NCBI GenBank assembly: GCA_951406725.2
Contig: OX597814.1
Span: 62,000,001 to 62,064,000 of the forward strand
Reading direction: 5' to 3'
Origin: Octopus vulgaris
Lineage: Eukaryota
Length of the DNA: 64,000 bases
In this document: piece by piece, positions 12,399 through 26,636 of the stretch
How the letters are laid out: every line of letters starts with the position of its first letter
Position numbering within the stretch: position 1 is the first letter of the stretch
Translations under genes and position numbers: made by a program
The notes under the pieces: model-generated
What the model was told of the DNA's origin: nothing
What the model saw: only the letters and a program-made list of their open reading frames with translations
Databases searched by the model: none

Positions 12399-15300
12399 AC
12401 AATTTAGATAAATAGAGTATAAAGTAAATTAGAGGATCATTGTACCATTATAAGAGCCCCATGGATAGACTACTGCCCACATGTTCAAGAGTTCAAATCT
12501 TGCTAGTTTTGTACTGTGCGCCAGAACATAGTACAAAACTTTGCTCCAGTTTGCCTGATTGACAAAGACAAATTCTTCTCCTTACTACACAATGAATTGT
12601 AGAAAGGGTTTCCAGCTGTGAAAACAATTCTTTCAGTTAATAACAAAAGCATCCACAGAAGTGAGCTTAGGAAAAAAAAAAATGGATGTAAAACAATATT
12701 TTTAGCAAAACAGCCATCATGGATTCTATATTATTCCTTTGTTTATATTTGTTTGGATTAAAGAATTTCACCTCAACTGTTTTTTTAATTTTTTTTACAT
12801 TTCTGTTTTTAATGACTAACAAATTACTGCGTTGATATTTCTCAGCAGAAATATCTTCAGTTAAAATCTCATCACTGGCTATGCAAAGTCCCTCAAACAA
12901 AGCAGTGACCTTATTTTGATTGTATTTAGAACTTACAAGGGACTAATCAATGAATTAACTGCTAACATGTAAATTGAAATCATATGAGGTTATTAAATCG
13001 TCCCCACATATCTTATGTTGACCAATTCCATAACCATTTAAGTCATTACTATTCCCTCTTCTTAAATTAAAAACTATTTTAACGGTCTTACTGTATCTCC
13101 ACAGAGTGTGTCCATTACTAAGCACTAGCAGACTAGGTTATTCTACTAATGCACAACAACGAGGGATTGTCCAGCTTCACTTTGCTATTTGTAACTATTA
13201 CTTTCCATCCCACATACTTCACAGGTTTTATTTAATTAATCCTGGGGTAATAAAAAACAAGGTTGACAGCTAGTAAGTTTTCAAACACTGCATGCAGACT
13301 AGTTCCCAACTAGACATGACAAATCCAAAGGTTAAATTAGTGTCATCATAATCATGTGAATGGTGTACTTAGTAGATTCTTTCCATCACTAAGTTTTTAT
13401 GCCTACATGTGTACATTATTGCACATCAATGTAGTCACCCTCTCATCTCTCATCTGGCAATACAGAGTAGGCTATGCTGTCCTGAGAATGACTAATATGA
13501 CCAAGGCATGTCCAGATATGTCAATGTACTAGCCAAATCAGATTAAAACAATATTAATCTCCAAGCTTATATTTTCTTCTCATAGTTATAAGTATTTTTA
13601 ATTAATTAGATTCCCCCACCTCCCTACATTAAGAATGATAACATTAATGTTAATTGTTATTTTTTGTGTAGATGGTGTCTGTGGATAATTTTCTTTAGTC
13701 ATAAATCTAAATGGTCCATTTTCCTGCTACTTATACCAATTTCATTGACTATATGCTCTGTAATAAATTTTGAGGTTAAATATAGAGGCCATAATTCAAA
13801 AGAAACTGACTTAATATTTGTCCCAGAGGTTCAAGATTTGACTTCAGGCTTAGTCTTCTAAGAGATTCCTTGTATGCTACAATATTTATAACACTACATC
13901 TAAATTACTGATAACTTTTTTTTCTTTTTTGTATTTAACAAAAGGTCATAGAACTGCTACATAGAACCAAACACCTAACTATTATTGCTATTTACAAAAT
14001 TTACCAAAGTGAAGTACATGCCAACCTTGAAGACAGCCCAACTTTGACTTTAAAATTTGAGAGGAAAAAAAAAATCAAAATCTAGTTTCACATACTTAAC
14101 CAAGATATTTTAATGACAAAGATTCTGTTGATCACTTATAGTGAGCATTTTTTTTAAAATCTTATTTTTAAAATACAAAGACACACTAAGTTTAGTCTAG
14201 ATAACCCTCCTCTGAGATTAAAATCAGCTGTGAAAAATGTAACATCCTCTAGAATGCACAGTAAATTTTGAGATTTATTCTTGGAAAAGAAAATACCATC
14301 CTCAATGCTAAAGAAATATGGTAGCCTTTGAATGGATAAGCAGACTAAAGCAGAATTACATTTTAGACTGTAGAGGAATGAAACTACATAATACAATAAA
14401 CTTTGCCTGGCTCCCTTCTATTGTTAATTCAGTGCTTGTTAAGATGTATAAATGAAGTGAATTGACTTCAATACACTTAAAATCAGCTCACAAACTTACT
14501 TTCAGAATTTCTACACAATTCATAATTTATAACATTGGTACAAGGTTGCAAATTTATAGGAGCAAGTATAATCAATGATATCAACCCTTAGTAATTATTT
14601 TATTGGAAACCACTATGGAAGGTAGACAAAGTCAACTTCTGCAGGATTTGAAAAAAGAAAATGAGAAAATACCAGAAAACATTTTGTTTGGTGCTCTGCC
14701 CTAACTGCCGTAATAATCTTTAGTATATGCAGAAGGCCAGAAATTTGGAAGAGTTAGTCAAAACAATCCCAGTACTTGATTTCAACTTTATTTTAACACT
14801 AGAAGAAAAGGTATCTGCAATGGGATTTGAACTCAGAATAAAAAGAGTTGGAATTAATATCGCAAAGTAGTTTGTCTGACATTAATGATGATAACCGTTT
14901 CTAAGTTTGTCCAAATTCTGTGAAAGAAGTGTAGACAATTGCAGCTTTATTAATACAAGCTTAGTGGTCCCAAAGAAATGGAAAGCTTTGTGAATTGTAG
15001 CAAAATTTGAACTCGAGTTGTAGAAAGAAAACGGAATGGGGTAAAGTATTTAATCAGACTCATTGATGTTTCTGCCATCCAACCTCCTTCCCAAACAAAA
15101 TGAGATTTTGTTTTTATAAATCCTCATACAGAGACTATTAGAGGAAAATGTACTCGTTGCACACTCAAAAAAAGCATTGGAGAAGATATACACATTACAT
15201 ATGCATACAGGATTAAAGGGAAAATACATACACTGCACAGACACACACCTGAAGAACAATGTGATAAGCTTTGCAATACAGTATGTAGTAGTAGTAGCAG

Positions 15301-15443
15301 CAATATACTCTAAGAATAGTGAAATATTAGCATACACTGCAGTGTATTATATAATCAATGGTAACTAACAGGATGGAAGGAAGAAAGGAAGGCAGAAAAA
15401 TAATCACTTTAACAAACTGAAAATTGGAAAAAATAAACTTCAG

Positions 15444-15477
<34 letters not shown>

Positions 15478-15555
15478 GCAATTCCAATAATATAAATACT
15501 TGATTAATCAATAACTGACAATAGGATGTACTTTGATAAATTGTACAGCACATAC

Positions 15556-15630
15556 CTGTCGCATATGTTCCAAGTCATTGCAGGCTTTGTTGTAGAGAGC
15601 AGGATCTTCTGAGTATTGTTCTCGTATAAT
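15556..15630 (-). CDS. PTPN23: PTPN23 coding exon 2 (Bro1 domain)
   Basis: tttcag|...|gtatgt; 75 nt; IIREQYSEDPALYNKACNDLEHMRQ, resembling human FVLKNYGENPEAYNEELKKLELLRQ (recalled). Confidence 0.93.
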
Positions 15631-18600
15631 CTGAAATTAAAAATAACCATGATCATTGTTATCTTGGTAGCAGCAAAGTTCTTTATTATTTATTGGCAAT
15701 ACAGGACATATTATGAAGCAGCTAGTAGTTACTCTGTTAGTACATCATTATAGATGCTGTTAGACTGATGTAGAGGTCAGTAGGGCAAGTATGATAAGAT
15801 GTTTGGCTTAAATCTTCTACAGAAGCAACTTTATTCTACATTGCTTCAGTTTATATGTCTGATAGTTATTCTAGACAATTGGAGGAATGAAGTTATTGTC
15901 CCATTCATAAATACAATAAATTAGTTAATGACAAACTCTCAGTCCAATGCCTTCATTTCTACAAAAGTCATAAAAATAAAGGAATGTTGCCAGTGGTACT
16001 CAATAAGTTGGTGGCTATTGCTTTAAAGCAGTATTGTCATTGTCTTTGGGTCAGTTTGTTCCATACCGACTTAGACTGAAAGAGACACTTTAGTCAATAA
16101 CAAAATGCCCTTCCCGATGCCAACCCTCACTGATTTTTGAGTAAGCCATTTTATTTCATATCTTTGTATGCTAAACTGCATGATACAAAGAATGTCACCA
16201 TCACCAAGCAGTGTCAATTTACAGACACATGGTGATAAACATACATACACATATATATATATGTGCATGTGTGTGTGTGTGCATTTATACACACAGATTT
16301 TCATAAAGTTGTTTACAAAATTTCACTTACAATTCATTGGTCAACTAAAAAAAAAGAAAACACATTTGCCTAAGGTCTCATATTGGTATCAAACCCAAAG
16401 TAAATTTCTTAACCAAATATTCATGCCTGAAACTACAATTAAGTGAATTGTTTGAACTCCAAATTTCGATTTAACAGGAATTAATCATGATTTTTCACAG
16501 GTTATGAAATATGTAATATGTTAAGAAAATATAGGAAAAAGGGTTCTATTTTAAAAAATCCAGAAACAAAAAAAAAATCATTTTAACCTTGGACATTTAT
16601 TGTAACATTACCTTTAAAATACATGCAATCAATAAAACATAAAGGTTATGAATCAGCTTTTATTGAACAGCTGAGTGCATGGCTTACAAGAGTTTTAAAA
16701 ATGAAGAGCCTTCAAGATTTCCATGCCTCAGCTATGCAGTGATGAAGAAAAAAAAGAAAAAAAAAGGCATTATATAAACATGTACAAAGTCTAGTTTATG
16801 TGGTAGAAAAATATAGCAATAAAAAAAAATTACCAATGTATAATTTATCATGGCAATTATTTTTGTTAACAGCTTACAAAGATTTTGAATAGAAGCCAAT
16901 TTATAATACTGAAACCATATTTATTTGTTCTCCTTCTGAAGGTAGGTTTCAGTCAGTTGACAGAAGAAAACATTTAAATAAAATAAATATTGCTGACAGG
17001 CTATAAACAGACATTTTATGTCTGTATTAACGTTCTAATAATCCAACACAGTTATCCTAATCAGGTCTTATTCAAGCATCACCAAAATTCAAGAGAAAAA
17101 TACAAGAGAGTATTCACATTTCCCTATCGCATTACTAAAGACAAATTCCTTGCCAACAACAGATACAATTATTGGTGCCACTTTAGCATGAGGTCTACCA
17201 GACCATTAACACTCATGTGCAGTCTAAACCTAAAATTTAACCCTAACCCAGATCAGGTCATTTCACAGCATAGACTACAGATACTGCAGTAGACCACACA
17301 CTAAAACAGTACCTAGTTATTTCTGTCAAACACCTTTCACACTAAATTGAATAAAAATATAGTGTAGTCTATATTAGGAAGAGTATCCAGCCATAGAAAC
17401 TATGCCAAAAACTAAATGTAAGAGCAACCTAGCTAAGATTGCTATAACCAAATTAGAAATTACCAACCCTGGCCAACATGGAAACAGGCACTAAATGGTG
17501 ATGATATTTTCTTTCAATATTTCAAACTTGTGTGATTAACTTAACTAACAATATAACAATCACTTTTAGCACAATAAGCTTCATTTTTACAAACCGACCT
17601 AAGCATACTCATAAATACCAGAGAGATTTCAAACATTAAAATTAAGATCAAGTGATTAAGTCACTTGGTTTTCAGCTTTCAACTAAAACTGTATTTTGTT
17701 GTAATGCACTGGATATACAAGTAAATGTTCAAAGTTATAGGGCAAACTGTTAAACATCCAGTCATCATAAAAAGACAAAAACCCTCAAAATTGTTGAAAA
17801 TATGTTTAGATTGGCGTCTTGTGGAAGAATGAGCTTTACAATAAAAATACCAATTTTAAAATATATTCTAATATCGAAATTTTGTTTGAAGATTAACAGT
17901 GATCTCCATCTACAGCTATTTGCTCTCATATACCCTATTTTTTGTGGTAGGTATACTAAATTTGCCAAAATAATATAGTAAATATTTTCAAGGAAATAAA
18001 GAAAAAAATTTCATTGATTTATTTTTGGTATAATAAATCAACTAGTTTAATATAATTTTCATTTTAAGATATATTGGTTAATGCTTTGGAAACTTAATTT
18101 TTAAAAAGGCATCATAATCAATTAGAACAATAGTCATGATATCAATAACTAAAATGTGCAACGTAACTGAATACAAAGGAATCAAGACTGATGCACATCA
18201 GTTGAGTCCATCTTGTCTTTGTAGCAGCAACCAGTGCATTCAATCATTTAAGAGCCCACTGAAAGATAAAAATTTATGCAACGTGCTCTAACTGCATAGA
18301 AGAGGGCACAACATGGTCTCAGAACAGACAATAACTAAAATATAAAATGCATCAATTGGACCCAAGTATTCTATTTCCTACTTTGGTGCCAGACGCTTGT
18401 TAGATTAGAGCTGACCAGGATTACTCAATAAGACTAGACAAGATATGAACTCAAAATACTTTGAGTTAGTCAATCTACACTTTGATAACTCATCTAAATC
18501 CCACACTTTGAGATGATTTAGATGAATTATCAACTGCAATATGAAAACAAAGATCTCAATCTAGTCAATTTCTTAATACAGCTTCTAAATTTGATGACCA

Positions 18601-19922
18601 ATATATTTCTCAGGATGTAAAAAGAACTACATCTTAGCTTCATTTTTCTTATGTTCTGTTGATGTCACAATGAAATATGTTTGTTCAACATATACCATCA
18701 TATTCAAAGAAATCCTGCAAGAGCATCCACTTCAATAGATTGTCATAATTACAGAGTTCACAACAAGAGAAATGTATTTTTCTATTTGTGAACAATATTT
18801 AGACCCTGTCATTGAAACAGTTATGATTATCCATCAAATACTCACTCTTGCAGGTTTTCTTTCACTACATAGATACTATTTATTGAACCAACATGTTCTT
18901 TGCAGATTAACCATTCAAAATAGCAAATTATTTCTGCTGAATATTTATTTATTGCTGGTTGAAATGTAATAATGACAAACATATCAATAATTTCTTATAT
19001 ATAGAACCACATAAAAGTTGCATAGAATGTCTTTCTCGGGGTCACAATGCCACACAGAGCAGAGGATAAAGTGGATTTTGTTTTGCCTCATAACAGTCAA
19101 TATAACAAAACTTTTGCCAAGATTTATTCTATCAGTCTTGAGATAAGTGCAAAACTGACACAGATAGGATCTGAACCTAAAACAGCAAAGAACAAAGCTT
19201 TAGATATCACAAGGTTTATCTAGTTCAATTTGCTAACATCAACCAGCCTAGCTACAATTCAAGGTAACATTAACGTCAGCAACAAAAATAGTTTATTTTA
19301 TCAGGAAGCCATACAAAAGTTATTTTCAATAACTAATTTGACTTCATAAAATAACAAACCTGACAATTAACAAAGCAAAATGGCTTGGAATAATCTAGTC
19401 CCTAGTGTATCATCTTAGTCATCTATGCATTCAATGTTTAGTACCATTCTTAGAAAGTAAGAGATTTAAATATAAATAACTGTTTAATTTAATTCAAAGA
19501 TGTATTATTAAACATAGATTTTAGTCATAAAAAGAAAATGTGGCTAACAAATATTGATTTTTCTTTTTCTTCTTGGCATGAAACTTAAAATCAGAAATTA
19601 ATTTAATCTACTGAACCTATATGTCATACTAAAGCAATGCTTTCCAAACATTCTGAAAAATATATGCTGCTGTAAAACTACATATAGCAGGATATGTCAT
19701 TATTGTGACATTCAAAACTAATAGGAACCTAATTTATAATATAAGTACAGTGCTACTCAATGTAGTCAAATATTACTTGTAAATAATTGTATATACAGAA
19801 GATTTTGTGGTTGGTTCATCATTGAACCTTAAAAGCAGTAACACTGACAATCTCTCTCTTTTGGTTTCATAAACTAATCCTTAATGCTCTCGACTCAGCT
19901 TGACAAGCAACTATATAATAGA

Positions 19923-20860
19923 CTAGCTGAATGACTCAGTGTTGCCCAGGTTACCGCTGTTCTTATTCAGATGAGTAAACAAATATGAAGATGTATTTTT
20001 TTTCTCATAATTATCTAAAAATATCTATATATTATTTTTAAAAATCCAAATTGTAATGCTAGTAGAATTTAGAACTGAAAATCTGTCAATCTTGAAGCAC
20101 CTCAGGGTAAACAATATTCATTGTGTAATTTTTTGTTGGTGTCCAAATGAATAAATTGTTGCTGCTTCCAACTTGTAAGCAAGCAACATAGAGTTGGCTG
20201 TGGGAGAGGCATATAGTATAGAAATCAGGTTCAACTACCTTGAGAGATTGACCCTGAGATTTGTTGACTGAAACAGCAAAATTTAGTTTGACTGGAAGCT
20301 GAAGCCTCTTAAATTCAAATGGAACATCTGTAGGTATGAAAGGAATTTTTGGAATAAAAATATTTTCTCCTTTGTGACTCTCTGTTATGATTGTCATCTC
20401 TAGGACACGGGGCTTCATGGAAGTAACAATTAAGTGAATTCCATTACACAAGCGAGGTGGGTCAAGATTTGAAAGCAACATAATGGGAGCATCTAGCTTT
20501 AGTGTAGGTGTGTGTGTGTGTTTAATAACATATCTAACCAATGTGCAAGCACACACATCAATAGAGAAAATGTGACAACAGTCACATATAGTGAGACACA
20601 CACAGACATACATAGCTTTTTACCTCGTTTTTGTCAGTCGTCACATGTATATATGTAGATGTGTGTTTAATAATGTACCTAACAAACGCGCAAACACACA
20701 CTCACAGAGACCATGCATGGCAGTTGTCACATATGTATATGTAGGTGTGGGTGTTTAATAACATACCTAATGCAGAAACACACACATACACACACTCATA
20801 TACAAAAATGTGACATCAATATGGTATAAAATGTGCTTTACCATAGTTGAGTATAGAAAA
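19923..20860 (-). mobile_element. Helitron 3' fragment with PIF1-like helicase C-terminus
   Basis: ORF 20086-20613 contains PIMLLSNLDPPRLCNG, FKRLQLPVKLNFAVSVNKSQGQSL and HSQLYVA; 3' end cctgggcaacactgagtcattcagCTAG|T (CpG-decayed hairpin); 5' boundary uncertain. Confidence 0.88.
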
Positions 20861-21359
20861 GTATCTCTATAAAATGTCATATTGTTTCAATGCAAATGAA
20901 AAAGAACATTACATGCTGACACTCGTGGGTTTTTAATGCTATTACCTTGTAAAATTTTACAAGTCAACAAGAGATGCTCAAAATAAACTTCACAATTTAA
21001 TATTAAAATCCAGTTACAAGTTGGTACATTGCAACAAATATAGACTAGACATATTACCTTATCAAATCAATTAACAAACTCCCCTAACTAGATATGTAAA
21101 ACCACCAAACCTTTTAAGTTTTAAGCATAAAATAAAATTCACCAAGGACATTGCTACTAGATTTATCAAATCTGTGAAATATCAAATTTCCCTACATGAT
21201 CATTACTACAATCCACAAGAAGTAGATGTAGAGACAAGAGGTAAAAAGGCAGCTACTATAATAAATGAACTGCAACTTTCTACTCAGAGCCAATTACACT
21301 TTAATATTGTTACTATAAGACAACCAACAAATTGAAACTATATTATAAACACTGAAGGA

Positions 21360-21365
<6 letters not shown>

Positions 21366-21403
<38 letters not shown>
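21366..21403. repeat. (TA)n microsatellite
   Basis: Pure TA run. Similar runs at 26593-26637, 38444-38484, 40247-40287 and 56922-56962; (CA)n at 29438-29479; poly(A) at 15447-15474. Confidence 0.95.
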
Positions 21404-21408
<5 letters not shown>

Positions 21409-22562
21409 CTAGAGATTGCACTACAACCAAGATTACACAAATATACTGCACGTCAATCAGAATACACAAACAGAAAATCAGACTGCAAGTAGAACAGGTA
21501 ACCCATGGAATAAAAAGTTCTATCTTCATTTAGTGTAACTGAGGCAAATTGGTTTGAAAGGAGTATATCATTCATCAAGCAACACCCATAACACCAGTTC
21601 AACCCTACAAAATAAAATATTCACTAACAAGCCTATGTGTAAGCCCCTATACAGCTGAAAGACCTGCTAAAAACAGCATCCAAAATCTCCCTCTAAAATA
21701 CCCTACCATCTTAAAAAACAGGGACATCATACTGGAATACTTTCAGTCTTAAGTCTGATCAATGAAGGCTGATCTGGGGCTAAACAACAACATTAAGTAA
21801 TTAGAAAATGCCACTGCTGCTTACAGCAGTGGTTTGATCATAACCCGTTTTGCTTATTTACAGGTAGGTGTACTTAAACACCTGAAAGATATGTACATTA
21901 GCCAAGGATACAATACTATGCAGAAAATAAGATACGAACAGCAAGACTCTTGAACAGTTGTTTACTATGCTAATTAATTTAAGAATCGGTGCTCTAAGAA
22001 GTAAAATATGCAAATTTCATATTACATTCTTTCACAACAAATAAAAGCTGAAGCAAAGTATAAGCTCTGGGCAAATTGTCTGAAATTGGTCTCAATTCTC
22101 AGTGGAAGAAACTCATTCAAAATATTCTACAAATATCATTGAAAATATCACAAGATCATATAACATTATTTATGTCATTTACAAATTAGCTACTTGTTAA
22201 ATCATATAGAAAACAAGCATTAAGTTATATAAAACTAAAGATATGGAAAGAAAACAGACTCAGTGAAACTATCAATGAAACAGTAACCAAACAAAAATTG
22301 CAATCTAGAATTGTTTTTGTGCAAAAAAATGTCACTAGGTTACTATAGTTAAAGAGCTAGTTATGAAAAAAATAAACAAAACTAAATACTACCAACATAC
22401 ATATGAAAACACTTATTGACAGCTTCAAATAAATCACCCAATCATCTGTCAAGTGAATATACTATTACAGGCTAAAACTAAAGATTTAAGGAAACTCTTA
22501 CTTTTCTGATCTGTTTTATATTTTGTTACGTGTAACCTGTTTGGCCACCATATTTACATGCG

Positions 22563-24011
22563 GAGAGAGGGGGTGGCGAGAGAGAGGGTGGCAAGAGAGA
22601 GAGAGAGGGAGACGGAGCGAGAGAGAGAGTGAGAGACGGAGTGAGGGAGGGAGAGAGAGAGAGAGACGGAGCGAGAGAGAGAGAGAGAGTGAGAGACGGA
22701 GCGAGGGAGGGAGAGAGAGAGAGACGGAGCGAGGGAGGGAGAGAGAGAGAGAGAGAGAGACGGAGGGAGGGAGAGAGAGAGAGACGGAGCGAGGGCGAGA
22801 GACGGACGGACGCAGAGAGAGAGAGAGAGAGAGAGAGACGGGCGGACGCAGAGAGAGAGAGAGAGACGGGCGGACGCAGAGAGAGAGAGAGAGAGAGAGA
22901 GACGGGCGGACGCAGAGAGAGAGAGAGAGAGAGACGGGCGGATGCAGAGAGAGAGAGAGACGGGCGGACGCAGAGAGAGAGAGACGGGCGGACGCAGAGA
23001 GAGAGAGACGGGCGGACGCAGAGAGAGAGACGGGCGGACGCAGAGAGAGAGACGGGCGGACGCAGAGAGAGAGACGGGCGGACGCAGAGAGAGAGACGGG
23101 CGGACGCAGAGAGAGAGACGGGCGGACGCAGAGAGAGAGACGGGCGGACGCAGAGAGAGAGACGGGCGGACGCAGAGAGAGAGACGGGCGGACGCAGTGA
23201 GAGAGACGGGCGGACGCAGTGAGAGAGACGGGCGGACGCAGTGAGAGAGACGGGCGGACGCAGTGAGAGAGACGGGCGGACGCAGTGAGAGAGACAGGCG
23301 GACGCAGTGAGAGAGACGGGCGGACGCGGAGTGAGTGAGACGGGCGGACGCGGAGTGAGTGAGACGGGCGGACGCGGAGTGAGTGAGACGGGCGGACGCG
23401 GAGTGAGTGAGACAGACGGATGCAGAGAGGGAGAGAGAGGCGGGTGGGCGGACGCAGAGAGAGAGGAGATGGACGCAGAGAGAGAGAGAAACAGACAGGC
23501 GGATGCAGACAGACAGACAGACGGACAGATGCAGAGAGAGAGAGACAGACAGACGGACAGACGCAGAGAGAGAGACAGACGGACAGACGCAGAGAGAGAG
23601 ACAGACGGACAGACGCAGAGAGAGAGACAGATGGACAGATGCAGAGAGAGAGACAGACGGACAGACGCAGAGAGAGAGACAGACAGACGGACGGGGACAG
23701 ACGCAGAGAGAGACAGACAGACAGAAGCAGAGAGAGAGAGAGAGAGACAAACTTACGCAGAGAGACGGTCGGACTGACGCAGAGAGACGGTCAGACTGAC
23801 GCAGAGAGACGGTCAGACTGACGCAGAGAGACGGTCAGACTGACGCAGAGAGACGGTCAGACTGACGCAGAGAGACGGTCAGACTGACGCAGAGAGACGG
23901 TCAGACTGACGCAGAGAGACGGTCAGACTGACGCAGAGAGACGGTCAGACTGACGCAGAGAGACAGTCAGACTGACGCAGAGAGACAGTCAGACTGACGC
24001 AGAGAGACAGA
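22563..24011. repeat. Compound GA-rich micro/minisatellite, mostly 22-24 nt units
   Basis: Successive blocks: GACGGAGCGAGGGAGG(GA)n, GACGGGCGGACGCA(GA)n, ...GCAGTGAGAGA, ...GCGGAGTGAGTGA, GACAGACGGACAGACGCA(GA)n and GACGGTCAGACTGACGCAGAGA (about 11 copies). Confidence 0.97.
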
Positions 24012-24959
24012 GGTTGTCCCATGCTGCAAAGAACATTATAGGGTAAATTGTATAGTTTTCCAATATCTCAAATTTACAAGTTTTCTGCCTATTTAAGAAA
24101 GTATTTCTGTCATATTAAATTATATATCTCTCCTTAATGACTCTTGTAAAAAGAACTGTTCATACAGTCCAGATCCTCCCCACAGTAAACTTCAAATTTT
24201 TGATATATACTTCCCCTTCCGCTGCTAAAAATATGGAGGCATGAAGGATACACTTACAATGTTTCCCTACCTATTTTTGCTCATATATGGAAACAGCATT
24301 TATGGCAATTGGAGATGGATCACCACCATACCACACCCAGTTTGGTAAGCAAAGACCCACTAGGTTATCCTACATTGATGGGATAAAAGCTGAATACCAC
24401 AAGCCACATCAGAAGATAACCATATAAATAGCAGGAACTTCATATAACTAGTAAAGGATCTTTAGTCCTTTCATACAGTTTAATTTACATAGGGTCAGTA
24501 GCCAAAAATACACCAAATGCATAAAATACACCAAGTAATGGGAGATAAGAACATTCAGCTGTAGAAACCATACTGAAAATGGAACATACAAGAGATACTG
24601 ACTCCACATGCGCAAGAATGCAGTTACATCAAATAAGACTGGACACAGAATAGAAGGGATTCCACAGTCCTCTTGCATGGCACAAACACTAGTGCTGATA
24701 ATAGGATGTCCTCTCATAAGACAACCAATCTAGTACTGGTGGTATACACTGAAATCTGTCCAACTCTTGTCAGCATAGAAAACAGATGTAAAATGACATC
24801 AGTAAAGTAGTATTGCTAAATGGAAACTAAATGGGAGAAAGTATCAAATTCACTGACTAAATATTCTATTCTGTGCATAACTTGGATATGAAACCTTCAA
24901 CACCTAGAATCTAAGTATAATAGTATTGATTTTGATAGACATTTTTTTTCATATTGGCA

Positions 24960-25437
24960 GCCCTGTCTTAAGTGATGCCCAATTATCTCAGTTTCATCAT
25001 ATTTCCTTAGTCTTAATTCTTTTTGAAGATACATCAGCTCTGGATATATTCATCCATTAAATTGAAGCCATTTTCAATCCAACATGCATCAACCATTTAC
25101 ACAATGTGTGTACATCATTGAAGCTATTTCTACTTCATCTAATATTTCATGTCCACCCTCTTTTTTTCAATACAGTCATAATGGCAAATGCAACAGATTA
25201 TGCTCCCATCCAACTTACTCCTCCCATCCAACTGCTGAAATATTCTGTAGGATAGTGAAACATTTCTTATGCATTTCATATACAGATATCCCCTGCCTCA
25301 CCATTCTAAAAGGCATTGCATTCCTGAAAGGTTTTGTAACATGAGAGTCCACAGAAAATAGGTTTTGCATTATGGAATTTATATTATGGCAAGATTTTCA
25401 GGAACATAATGTTCCATAACACAGAGGATGCTTGTAG
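24960..25437 (-). mobile_element. Decayed Tigger/pogo-like fragment
   Basis: Right end ...caggaacataatgttccataacacagaggatgcttgta resembles a CpG-decayed Tigger terminus. Confidence 0.4.
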
Positions 25438-25860
25438 TGGTAAACTTAACATACCACCCATTTTCATACAATAACCACCTGGTTGGTACTTGGGTGCTTT
25501 TAAGGGAGTTTATTCCATTACAATCAAACTCAGTTGTTTCCCAACCCAAATTTTTCCAGTGGTCATTATCTGCAGATGCTTAGGTTGAAAATTAGCTATA
25601 CTTTTACCAACTTGGGAAGACTGTTAAGATGGCTAACATCTTATAATAAGAGGGGGATGAGATTTCTATTTTCAAAAATAAATAACTCAGGAAAAAATGT
25701 GTGAAAGCAAGCATCCAGCAGAATAATAAAAGTAAATCAAAGACAGATGAGCTCCTCAAGAGCCAACTGCACTCATACTGAGTGGGGATGGGTGCAGAAT
25801 TAACAAACAATAAAACATTCAATTCTATACTGGGCTAGTCAGGAACAGAACATTGGAATA

Positions 25861-26205
25861 CTGTATTTTCAGGCATATAAGCTGTATCCCCAATTTTGGC
25901 AAGCCTAATCCGTGACGAAAAATGTAGCTAGATCCAAATATCCTAGTTGAATGTTTCACACATTCTCGTGCATAGAAATCATGAAAATTTGTATGCCCCT
26001 TGCTCAGAAATTATAGCAGTCTAGATCACAATACTCACCTTAACACTATGAAATATCATCACTGACCTCCATCATCACCAGTATTATCCATTATTAATAA
26101 CACTGACCAAGAATACCCAAAGCCTGTCCTTCAGCACAAAGTGCAGGGTGAATTTTGGGGAGCATTGTTTTGAAAAAAGTGTGCCTTAAATGCCAGAAAA
26201 TATAG
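25861..26205. mobile_element. pogo/Tc2-like MITE, CpG-decayed
   Basis: TA|CTGTATTTTCAGGCATATAAG ... CTTAAATGCCAGAAAATATAG|TA inverted termini with TA TSD. Confidence 0.7.
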
Positions 26206-26592
26206 TACATTAAAATCCTTAAGACTGAAAGGAGTGGAAAACTTTAAAAAAAAATTAAGGTACCCCCAAAGACAGAATTACAATGGGAACAACTAGGCTT
26301 GACAAGAGTAGCAATTCAATTAAATCAATTTTATTTAAAAATATATTTTTATCATAGATAAGAGTGAAGTGAATAAAATTAAATAGTTAAAAGATCTATT
26401 GGATTAGGACTGACATGTGACTAAACAAGCAGCAGATAGCCGTCTCCACACAAACAAAAGCCAATCTTAATACTTCTGATGTTGACTGAGACAACAGTTG
26501 TAATATCAATAGATCTCAGGAAATAGTCTACTCAAACCTTGGCTAGATTCCAGTATGGTTTTATGGACGCAAATAACACTATATCAACTGAT

Positions 26593-26636
<44 letters not shown>

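Noticed and set aside
22523-23821. Long ORFs (up to 398 aa) rich in ER/RD or SL/SV repeats
   Set aside because: By-products of a stop-poor GA-rich satellite; open in many frames on both strands.
22563-24011. CRISPR-like array
   Set aside because: Tandem units with no unique spacers, no cas genes, eukaryotic intron.
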